64,000 bases of DNA, from contig MU057887.1 of NCBI GenBank assembly GCA_013265495.1, forward strand, positions 383,985 through 447,984, written 5' to 3'. Origin of the DNA: Vicugna vicugna. Its lineage: Eukaryota. The notes beneath the pieces are model-generated. The model was given only the letters and a program-made list of their open reading frames with translations. It searched no databases and had not been told where the DNA came from. Shown here piece by piece: positions 54,096 to 64,000 of the stretch. Position 1 is the first letter of the stretch. Every line of letters starts with the position of its first letter. A program made the translations under genes and the position numbers.

Positions 54096-55739
54096 CCCCT
54101 TGGAGTGGTTTTTGCTACTTTTGTGGGTGAAGCATTTGTTCCCTCCTCTTCTTCACTCAGACCTGGATTTTTCCTCTGGGGCCCAAGCAGCCCCCAGTTC
54201 GGTCCCCGTCGGGTGAGCTCTTGAGCCTGGCCGGTCAGAGCAAAGCACCTCCCTGGCCGCAGTGACTGGTCCCGGGCTGGGCTGGTCAGAGCCAGTCCCA
54301 GGACGCTGGCTGTCTTCACAGTGGAGCTGCCGTGAGGAGAGCTGCCCACAGCCACCCCGGGGAAGCAGGACGGGCAGACTGGCTGGGAACTGGCTGAGCC
54401 CACACAGAGGACAGCAAAGAAATCACACCTTTATTTCACTAACTTCTATCTGACATCTAGGATTCCTTTTAGCATGATTGCAGGCCACAGAGCACAGAAG
54501 CATCGCAAACCGCAGCAGTATCTGCAGCTTTGTTACCAGTGCCCAGGCAGGGTTCCCTGTCAGGTGAGTCAGATGTGGTTCCTGCCCTCCCAGGGAGCCC
54601 CAGGAGTCCCAGGCAGACGTGATCTCAGATGGGAGTATGTAAGAATGACCACGGAGAACTGGCGGGGACTGGAGTCAAGGAGGCCCGTGAGGGGGACGAG
54701 GCTGCTACAGGGAGCCAGGGAGGGGCCAGGAGTCCTGGGCTGGGGTTGACAGTGGGAATGGGGAATGGGAGAAGACAGTCTAAGGATCAAGAAGAGGTCA
54801 CAGTGGCAGCCTTGGGGGCCAGTGTGATGTGTAGCGTGAACCCCCGCGCCTCATCCTGAGGCCTCTCCCTTTTCCAGCTTCCAGCACACCACCCTTATCC
54901 CCCTCATCAGCTCTTCCCGGCACTTCCTCGAGGCTCTGTCCTGAGCCCATCTCCTCAGTCCCCTGGTGCCAACCTCCATCACGCACCAGTGACAGCCCAC
55001 ATCTGCCTCACCTCCAGGGCTGGAGGCCACAGGAACTCATCCCCCTGACTCCCCTTGTCTTTAAGACTCCTCCTTTGATGAGCTACCGGATTAAGTCTGG
55101 CTCACCCCCAGATGAACTCAACTGATTAGGGGCCTTAATTACACCTACCAAATTCCCTTTTGCATCTAATATAACACAATTATGGGAGTGATATCCCATC
55201 ATATCTATAGATCTCACTCAAACTCGCAGGGAGAAAAGTATACAAGGCTACTGGTGGTCATTTTCTGCAATGAACAGCCCCTTCATGGGGTCTCCCAGCC
55301 TGGACAACCAGGTGATTTTTCATCTGTTCCTCTGCCTATCTATCTATCTGTCACTGATTTATCTTTCCTTCTTTTTTATTATCCTTTTTTTTCTGATTAA
55401 TACAAATTATTTCAAATGAACCCAAAAGCAGAGTGAACAGTACAATGGACACGCCTTGTACCCACCACCTAGACTTCAACAATTGTAACATCTTGCCTGT
55501 TCTCTTCGCTTGTCTTTTTCCTTAATATTTTAAAGTCAATTTCAGACATGGTGATTGTTCAATCCTAAATGCTTCAATATGTGCATTGATTTTTTAAATG
55601 GATATTTTCCTCCATAACCACAATATCATCATCACCCCAATGAAATTCATATTAACCCTCTGAGCCTTTTTAAACCCCAGTTACATTCAGATTTATCTTA
55701 GCAGAATGTTTTTTATCAGCTGGGTGTTGAATCCGGAGA

Positions 55740-56270
55740 GGGTGATCTTTTCAACATCAAAATCTGAACGTGTCACCTCCTGTCTGGCACTGTGTGCTTT
55801 CCCTGGTCCTGTAGGTGGCAGAACATATCAACCCCCTTGTGTCTCTCTTCCCACCCCTGCCCTCCTGCCCACTGACTTTCTTACTGTTTCTCAATGGGCC
55901 TCCATCCTTCCAGCCGCAGGACCTACGGGTCCACCTTATCTTCCATCTGGAACTTACTTTGTGCTTTCTCATCCTTCCCATCCATCAGTTCCAGCCATCA
56001 TTTCCCCAGGCAAGCCCCCTGGAGGCCCTGAACCTGGTCCAGGTCCTGTCTCATCTGATCTCTTGGAATCCTGTTTCTGCCCTGATTCACCCCTGTCCTC
56101 CGAGCACCCACCTCCGTCCATGACGACCCATTCAGAGTGTGATTTCTTGACTACTCCTCCACCAGCCTGGGGACTGAGAGTGCAGACATGTCTGTCTGCT
56201 CACCAATATACCCCCATTTCCTGGCCTGGAGCTGGCACATAGCAGGTGCTCAGTAAACACACGTCGAGTC
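55740..56270 (+). mobile_element. L2 3' fragment
   Basis: Ends in the L2 terminus ctggcacatagcaggtgctcagtaaac. Confidence 0.6.
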
Positions 56271-57074
56271 AGTGGATACATGTAACGCAGAGTGAACCAG
56301 GCTGCGGGTGAGGACCGCACCATCACTGGAGGAGTCTGAAAGCCCCTGCTGGCCAGAGGAGAGTTGATGACAGAAGGGCGTGACCCCCAGAGGGACAGGG
56401 CCAGTCATGGGAGTGCTGCTACTCCAGAGGGCATCAGGGACACTAGCAGCCCACCGTAACCACTCAGAACACCCAGTCCCTACCTCTCCTGATTCCCACC
56501 ACCTGAGACCCCACAGCAAGGCCAGCCAGAGTCACCTTCCTTCTCCCTGGCACTGCTCTCAAAAGGAAGGGGTCACTTTGATGAGGGAACCCCAGGTAGC
56601 GTGAGTTGCTGGCAAGGTCCATGTGATGGCCAGGGCCTCCACGCTGCTTCCTTCAGTCCCTTCCCCTCAGCAGCCCGAATGACATTCCCAAAACTGAACT
56701 TGGATACCATCATTCCTGCTTCCATCTCATGTAAAATAAAACCCCAATTCTTCATCTCTGTCTACACAGCCCTGCATGATCCAGGGCCTACCGACCTCAC
56801 CAGGCTCTCCTAGAACCAAACCAACAGAGTGATGCCACAGAGAGGGGCCAGGGGCTGCCTGCGAGCAGGAGCCTCTCTTGGTGGAGGAGACACTGACCTG
56901 GAGAGCATCTCGGGGCAGAGGGTTCTGGGCCTGGACAGAGGCAGGAGGTGTCCGGCTAAGTCAAGCAAGGAGGTCTACATGGGAGACAGAGAGGACAGGC
57001 AGGGCCCAGAGCAGGTGGCCCAAAGACAGACTTCTCTTTGGTACACTCAGTATATTAAAAATATTTGAGTTAGT

Positions 57075-58640
57075 TGGAACAGGACTGGAAGTCCCCAGAT
57101 AGATCCACACATATATAGTCAATTGATTTTTGACAGAAGGACCAAAGCAATTCAGTGGGGAAAGAAAAGTGTTTCAACAAATTGTGTTGGATCAATTTGG
57201 ACGTCCAGATGCCAAAAATATATATATATATATATTTTTAACTCTGACCTCACACAATATCCAAAAAAATTTTTTTAGGTCTATGAATTGGATCATAGAC
57301 CTAAATGGAACAATTAAAACTGAAACCGCTAGGAGAAAGCACCACAGAAAATCTTAGTGACCTTGAGTCACTAAGGCAAACATGTCCAGAACAGTGCACG
57401 GAAAGCATGCCCTGTAAAAGGAGTAATTGCTAAACTGGACTTTATCCAAATTGAAAATTTTTGCTCTTTGCAAAGCATATATCCAACAAAGGACGTGTAT
57501 CTACAACGAGGTTTCTCAGCCTTTTTTCACCCCTCCCTCCCCCATGGAGCCTTTTTAGGCACTTTTTTTCCAAATCGCCCCCATGAAATTTTAATAGCAC
57601 AGATATCTGCTTCTGTACTGTATGTATATTCATGCTTTTTATATAAAAAGAGTATGATTTTTTTCACTTCCTCAGAACCAATTTTCACCCCCTTGGGGGC
57701 AATATTGCCCCCACTGAAACTATATGATCAAGAATATAAAAAGAACTCCATGGTCAGACTATAAGAAGACAGACAATCCAATTTTCTTTTTAATGGGCAA
57801 ATGATTTGAATAAACCTTTCACCACAGAAGATACAGGGATGACAAATGAGCACATGAAAAAAAGTGCAGCCGCGTTAGTCATTAGGGACTGAGCTCTCCT
57901 AACGAGGCACCACTGCACACACACTGGGATGGTGAGCGTTTAAGAGACGGACTGTCCCAAGTGCCAGCGAGGACGTGGAGGAACTGAAATGCCCATACGT
58001 TGCTGGTGGGGCTGTAAACCTATGTCCACTCTGGAAAACACTTTGGCAGCTTCTTCAGAAGTTAGACACATACCTTCCACATGACCCAGCGCTTCCACTC
58101 CCAAGATTTACCCAAGAGAAATGAAAGCACATGTTCATACAGAGACGTGTGCGTGAATGTTCAGGGGAGCTTAAGTGTAACAGCTAAAAGGAAAAAAGTG
58201 AAAGCAACGCGCTGTCCACCACAGGTGGCAAGATCGACTGATGGTACATCCTTGCAAGGGAATACTGCTCAGCAGTAAAATGGAACGAACTCAATACATG
58301 TAACCACGTGGATGATGCTCAAAGTCATTGTAGTGAGTGAAAGAAGCCAGGCCAGAAAGAGATTCCACGTACATGAAATTCTAAAAATGCCATTGCATCT
58401 ATAGTGACAGAAGCAGACCTGTGGCTGGCGGGGCAGAGGGTGGAGTAGACGGGAGGGGAGGGTGAAGAAGGATGGGTTACCGAGGGGCACAGAGGGATTT
58501 CAGAGGTGATGGAATCGGTCATGATCTTGACTGCAGTGGTACATTCACATACATATGCGTACATGTATGTCAAACGTCACATCCATGCCAAACTCATCAG
58601 ATCATGTATTTTAAATATGTGTGGTTTACTATATGTCAGT
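57075..58640 (+). mobile_element. Old L1 (L1M-type) ORF2 end and 3' UTR, with a small hAT-like insertion at ~57505-57717
   Basis: caattgatttttgaca...aaagcaattcagtgg; aatgggcaaatgatttgaata; atgacccagc...ttccactcc...tacccaagagaaatgaaa; agtgaaagaagccag. Confidence 0.8.
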
Positions 58641-60230
58641 TATACCTCAAAAATCTGGAAATTGCCAATCTTGAAAGTGGGGCAATGTCAATTTTTTTTA
58701 AAAATCCGTATTTCTGACCTTACTTGAAAAACGTGACTAGCTGCATGTGGCTCTCCCGTCGGCTGGAGTGGAGGACCCAGGGCCCCTCTGGACCGTCCCC
58801 AGCTGGCCTTGGCCCCACTCCTCAGATTTCTCTCCACACTGCGTCACCATCTCAGCAAACTGATGGCCCGGGACAGTCGCTGGGGAGCGGGGGCTGGGAC
58901 TTGAGCAGGGGTGACCCAGGTTCGTTCCTCCAGGCCCCTGTCAGGTGGCCCAGCAAGGCACCCCTGTCTAGCTGCAGCTGTGGGTTGCCAGGCATGGTTA
59001 AGAAGAGGCTTAAACGCCAGAACAGTGATGGCGCCCTTAATTCCCAGTGGACACCACACTCGCCTAGGCAGTACCATCCCCCTGTTTTACAGAAGACCCC
59101 AGCAGAGCCTCTGGCGGGTGAGGGGTTCAGGGTGGCAGGAATTGTGCAGGAACTCCTTTGGTCATCATTTCTGGGTCTGTGACACAGAGCCCGAAGCCAG
59201 GCTGGCCCAGAGCCAGTGTGAGCCAAGCTCTGCCCACACGCCCTCTCCCTCCCTCCTGAGGGACACAGGGGACAGGCCTCACTCAGGCCTGCAGCTCAGT
59301 GCTCCGACTGGTCCAGCTGTGGTAAATACTTGCAGAACTGGCCTGCGTGGCTTTGGCCACATCCCTTCCCCTCTTCCCTGCCTTGGTTTCTCCATCTCTG
59401 AGGGGGAGGTAGTCTAGACGCTTCCCAGGGGTGGTAATATTCTAGGATTCCTTGAGAACACGTCTCCTCTCCACCGCTTCCCCGCTCGGAGCTGCTAATT
59501 ACCAAAATGAGAAACATGACCCTCAAAAGTCCAAAGTCCAACCTGCCACCCGGAATTTGCCCAGAGCTCTGTGCTCTGGTTGGTTAACCAAATCTACTCT
59601 GGGGAAAACTTGAGACCCCAGGAATCTTGGGGAGTCAGGGGAATCTTTCACCTTTGACCCCTCACTATTCCTGGGCACTGAGTGGGTAAGAGAAAGATAC
59701 TCTATTTCCCTTTGTGCTTTGGTCTCCAGGAAGCTCAGAGGCACCTCTCCTTGACTTTAGAAATGCTGGAGGCTCTCCTGTATCTACTCCTAGGCTTGCC
59801 TCCTTTCAAGTCCTAAGCAATGAGAGGGGACGTCTGGACACACATGCCCACACTTGGTCCTTCCTGATGCCACATGGAAGGAGGGCTAGAATCAGGAAGA
59901 CCTGCGGGAGTTGATCCGGGTGGCCTAGGAGAGAGCGACCCCAAGGTAATTAGCATAAATTTCAAGTTAAATCATGCATGAGCCAGAATGACTTCTCTGT
60001 ACCTCAGTATGTGAATATTTCTTCATCATAAATTAAAACTATTTTACAAGGGCGTGTATAAAGGCAAATGTATCAAAATTACTTGCTAAAACATTTTCCT
60101 CCTCTAAAAGTTCATTCTGTTTCTTCTGATTTGAATAGAACTTGGGGAAGTCAGCCAGGCGGGATCTGGGATCTGGCTGACCCCCGCCCCGCCACCACCG
60201 CGCCCCCTCCCTGTCCGAACCGCGCGCAGG

Positions 60231-60248
60231 AGCCGCCAGGGGGCGCCC
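60231..60248 (+). promoter_or_regulatory. Predicted CTCF binding site in a small CpG-rich patch
   Basis: AGCCGCCAGGGGGCGCCC closely matches the CTCF core consensus. Confidence 0.65.
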
Positions 60249-60842
60249 GACACCAGCGAGCGGCCCCAAGACAGCCGCAAGGGGACAAGAGAGGGGTGCT
60301 GTGCTCTGCAGGTGGGGCGGTACTCTGGGGGCTCCGGTCCATCCCCTACAGCCCCCCTGCACCAGAAACCCACTTTGTGCATTTCATGGCCCCTCTTCCC
60401 CCTACAAGACCCAGTACTACAGCCTCCAGGAAGTCCTCCGGGCCTCAGGCTGGGCCAGGCGCCTCCCTTGAGTTCCCACAGTCCCCTCCAGCCCTATCCA
60501 CACTGTCAGTCACCCAGGGATGAGGCTGGGTCACCCATGACCCTAGAACGGCCACTCAGAAAGTGGTTTTCAGGTGAATACATCTGGGAGCTGGAGCCCC
60601 ATGAAGCTTTCCTGGGTTGTTCGTTGGTGGAAGTCCTGGCCCCCACTGCACCCTTGCTGAAGGCCTGAGTGGCCACAGACCCTCATTAACTGGGCTCCTC
60701 GCCTCCTACCCCCACCCATCCTCTCTGTCTGTACCTTCTGAGGACTGATTAGTCCTCTTCCAGAGCCGGAGGTACGCGCCCTCCGGGCCTGCAGGCCGCC
60801 CTCCACCCCAGGCCCTTTGCACCTACAGGCCCCTCCACCAAG

Positions 60843-61195
60843 TGTTAGGCAGTTTAGATAGAATGAGCACTGGGCAGGGGGAGCGGAAGGGGACAGGAAC
60901 AACCCAGAACACAAGGAACCTGAGCTGTCAATTAACCAGAGGCAGGGACCATGAGTTGTCAATCAATCAATCACAAACCCAGGATATCAAAACAGGAGAA
61001 ACAAAGGAATGGTGCCATTTTTCCCTCCCTTGGATTGGCCGGCTCTCAGCTCTTGGGAGTGTACCATCTTTTACTATTTTTTTACTTCACTAATAAAAAT
61101 CTTGCTTATATCACACTTTCTGTCTCTGGTCAAAAATTCTTTTTTCCAGATGACTGAGAACCAAGGTAATTCTTACTTCCCTTTTTGCGGTAACA
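60843..61195 (+). mobile_element. Solo ERV LTR (~350 bp)
   Basis: Inverted termini TGTTA...TAACA, AATAAA at 61092-61097, near-matching 4-bp flanks caag/ctag. Confidence 0.65.
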
Positions 61196-61504
61196 CTAGT
61201 ACTGCTTCCTGATCAACTTGGGTGGGGGGGTCATTTGTGAGGCTCACCTTCAGTTTGTGAGCAATAATAAAGTGCTCAGAGATGTGGAGAATGATTTCTT
61301 ACGGCTGGTAAGTTAGGATTCCAGTGATCGCTGTAATAATCGGCTTCACTCATGAGTTTGGAACTTGCAGGCGTGGCTGGCCCTGCAGGCTTGGTGTGTC
61401 TGCCCACCAGGTGGTTTCAGAAAGGCTGGGGTCACGTGCTGTAGCACTCAGCCTCCACTCGAGGGTCCCCTGCTGGCCTGAGGCTCACATGCGCCCCATG
61501 TAGG

Positions 61505-61705
61505 TGGTTCACAGCACAGGCTGGAACGAGACTGCCTGGGTTCGAATCCCAGCTCCAGCTCTGGCTGGCTGTGTGACTTTAGGGAGGCTCCTGGACTTCT
61601 CTGTGCTTCCATTGCGTCATTTGTGAAATGGGATGGTGATATCAGAGCTACCCCTCCCTCATTCTCAGAGGATTAACAAGCCCAGCACAGAGGAAGTGCT
61701 CGAAG
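61505..61705 (+). mobile_element. MIR SINE
   Basis: gactgcctgggttcgaatcccagctc...gctgtgtgacttt...cttctctgtgcttc...tcatttgtgaaatggg. Confidence 0.75.
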
Positions 61706-62559
61706 GGTGAGTCATAAAGGAATCAGCCACATCCTTGATCTTGGACGTCCAGCCTCCAGAACTGTGAGAAAATAACCGTCTGTGGTTCAGGCCGTCCAGT
61801 CCACGGGCCCCTGATACGGCAGCCTGTCACGCAGCGTTGAGAGGCAGAGCTGGTGCTGGGCTCCAAGCCCCCCAGGCCGGGGCTTCCCCCATTCCATTTT
61901 CTCTGCTGTTTAGAAGGATGGCTTTCATCTCCTCCCTGTCTGTTTCCTGAGGGGCCCTGACATGCCCCTGCCTACTGGCCTGGGACTTGGCATAGGGACC
62001 CAGGCTGCGTTTCCAACCCCTGCAGATTTGAAGCCTGGCTTTTGTTCTCTCTGGCCCCTCAGCTTTCCCGAGGTTGAATCCTCACCTATAAAAACAGGAT
62101 GGTGGGACCCACTTCCCCAGATGATCTGAGGGCCAGCCACTCACGACATCACTCTCCAAACACCTGGGGGCCAGGAGCCCCTCCTGGGGCACCAAGGCTG
62201 CCCTCAGGAAGGTTACGTTCTGGATGAACACACAGACATCGAACATATGCCTCAAATAACCCCCAACGTGTCAGCCCCAGAAAGCTCCAGCAGAGCCTGG
62301 CACACAGGCAGTCCAGCTGAGATGCCTGAGACACCCTCCGTACTCATCTCTCTGGGAGCCTGCAGCTCTGAGACTCAGTGTTTCTGGGCTGGATCAGCTG
62401 CCCTTCCTCCAAGCTGTTCCAGTTTCACCAGACCAGCTGGAGGCCCTTTCCTAAGGGTGTCATTGGCCCCTTGTGCCTGGGGGTGAGCAGGCCCCAGGGT
62501 GATATCCACCCAGCCTGAGCCCGTGGTCCTACCCTGCACCCCCAACACCATGGCCCATG

Positions 62560-62983
62560 GGGGGCTGGAGGGTGGCCCCCAAAGAGGTGTCTACCTCCTA
62601 ATCCCCAGAATCTGTGAATATTCCCTTACAAGGCAAAGAGGATGAACGAAGATATGGCGAGAAGGAATTTCTACTGGGTTGTCTGAGTGGGCGGTAAACG
62701 CAGCCACGTCTCTCAGAAGAGAGGCGCAGAGGTTGTTCAGAGACAGGGCTGGGGGGAGGCCATGTGACCGCAGAGGCAGAGACTGGAGCCCAGGAATACC
62801 TGCAGCCCCCAGAGACGGGAAGAACAGGAGAAAGATTCTCCCCTGGAGCCTCCGAGGGAGCTCGGCCCTGCCCACACTTTGATTTCAGACTTTTGGTCCT
62901 GGAACAGTAAGAGAGTACATTTCTGTTGCTTTAAGCCACCAGGTTGCAGTAATTTGTTATAGCAGCTGTAGGAAGCTAACACA
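62560..62983 (+). mobile_element. MLT1 (MaLR) solo LTR
   Basis: cctaatccccagaatctgtgaatatt...gattctcccctggagcctcc...taatttgttatagcagc...aagctaacaca. Confidence 0.8.
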
Positions 62984-63065
62984 CCCACCTTGCAAATGGG
63001 CTAGTAGGAGTCCCCACAGCCAGGATCGTGGCCAGGACCGGATGCACGGCATAGACTTCTTTGGA

Positions 63066-63656
63066 CACACATATACCACAGCTTCTTTGTCCAGTCATCT
63101 GTCAGTGGACTTTTAGGTTGTTTCCATGTCTTGGCTACTGTAAATAGTGCTGCCATGCATACAACGGAATACTTACTACTCAGCCGTAAAAAAGAATAAA
63201 ATAATGCCGTTTGCTGCAACATGGATGGACCTGCAGATTGTCATTCTAAGTCAAGTCAGAGAGAGAAAGACAAACACCATTATCACTCATATGTGGAATC
63301 TAAAAAAAGACACCAATGAACTTATTTACAGAACAGAAACAGACTCACAGACAGAGAAAACAAACTTATCATTACCGAGGGGGAAAGAGGGTGGGAGGGG
63401 ATAAACTGGGAGTTCGATAAATTTGCAGGTACTAACTAATATATATATGTATGTTTGTATATATAAATAAATAAAATAGATAAACAACAAGGTCCTAATG
63501 TATAGCACAGGGAACTGTACTCAATATCTTACAGTAACCTCTAATGAAAAAGAGTATGAAAAGGAATATATGTGTGTACATGTACGACTGAAACATGATG
63601 CTGTACACCAGAAATTAACATAACACTCTAAACTGACTATCCTCCAATTAAAAAAA
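63066..63656 (+). mobile_element. 5'-truncated L1 with inverted 5' segment (63066-~63157 antisense; ~63158-63656 sense)
   Basis: The - strand encodes AALFTVAKTWKQPK...KKLWY and the + strand continues YYSAVKKNKIMPFAATWMDL; A-tail present; TSD TTCTTTGGA at 63057-63065 and 63657-63665. Confidence 0.9.
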
Positions 63657-63804
63657 TTCTTTGGAATAACACATACCTACCACATAGTAGGGGCTAAATA
63701 CAGGAGTCTTCTCTCCTGACCACCTTGGCCACCAGCTTGGAGGGCAAACCAAGGTCTGAGCAGGGCCGACCACAGGGACAGAGCAGGTGAGCTGCGACTG
63801 ATTT

Positions 63805-64000
63805 TGCTACCAACCTGGGTTCTGGACGCTAATCAATAGAAATGGGTAAGATGCTAGAGTAGGAACTCAGGCAAGGCTTTACTGGGACGTGCAGCACGAG
63901 GGAGCCAAACAAGTAACAGGTGCCCTGCTTGCTCCCTGACTGGAGGGGGGAGGGGGCCGTGAGCTGGTCCCATAAATTGGGCGGGCAGGGGGCGCGGCTT
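63805..64000 (-). mobile_element. Probable ERV LTR (antisense), truncated by the window edge
   Basis: Begins TGCTAC; AGTAAA-like signal on - (gctttact); LTR-like layout. Weakly supported. Confidence 0.4.

Noticed and set aside
63001..63404. ORFs resembling a real protein (KTWKQPK, FAATWMDL)
   Set aside because: L1 ORF2 C-terminal remnants, not a host gene.
48100..64000. Possible additional protein-coding gene upstream of KIAA0930
   Set aside because: No recognisable exons or coherent splice pattern; the region is dominated by L1, L2, MIR and LTR remnants. A non-coding transcript cannot be excluded from sequence alone.

Overview
Mammalian genomic DNA, most likely a camelid: it carries tRNA-derived SINEs of Vic-1 type with the ...AAATAAACCTAATTACC tail and cetartiodactyl-type L1 3' ends. 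Two convergent intron-containing genes are present. On the + strand are the last three coding exons and long 3' UTR of NUP50 (1078-~7255). On the - strand is the complete 10-exon KIAA0930/C22orf9 orthologue (ATG 47152, stop 14595, spliced CDS 1221 nt = 406 aa, all introns GT-AG). Its 5' end lies in a CpG island broken by a 465-N assembly gap. Intron 7 holds the L2-derived MIR1249 hairpin. The rest is intronic or intergenic DNA with SINE, LINE, LTR and DNA-transposon remnants, and most ORFs in the supplied track are GC-driven noise. I see no clearly new multi-gene system. The best leads are: a self-regenerating 5' splice site at KIAA0930 exon 7 (recursive-splicing candidate), a disabled counterpart of a human alternative first exon, an open N-terminal extension running into the gap, a 3'-UTR G-quadruplex repeat, a twin-primed inverted L1, and a CTCF plus DR1 regulatory cluster upstream. 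Gene and repeat names come from my recognition of the sequences, not from database searches.
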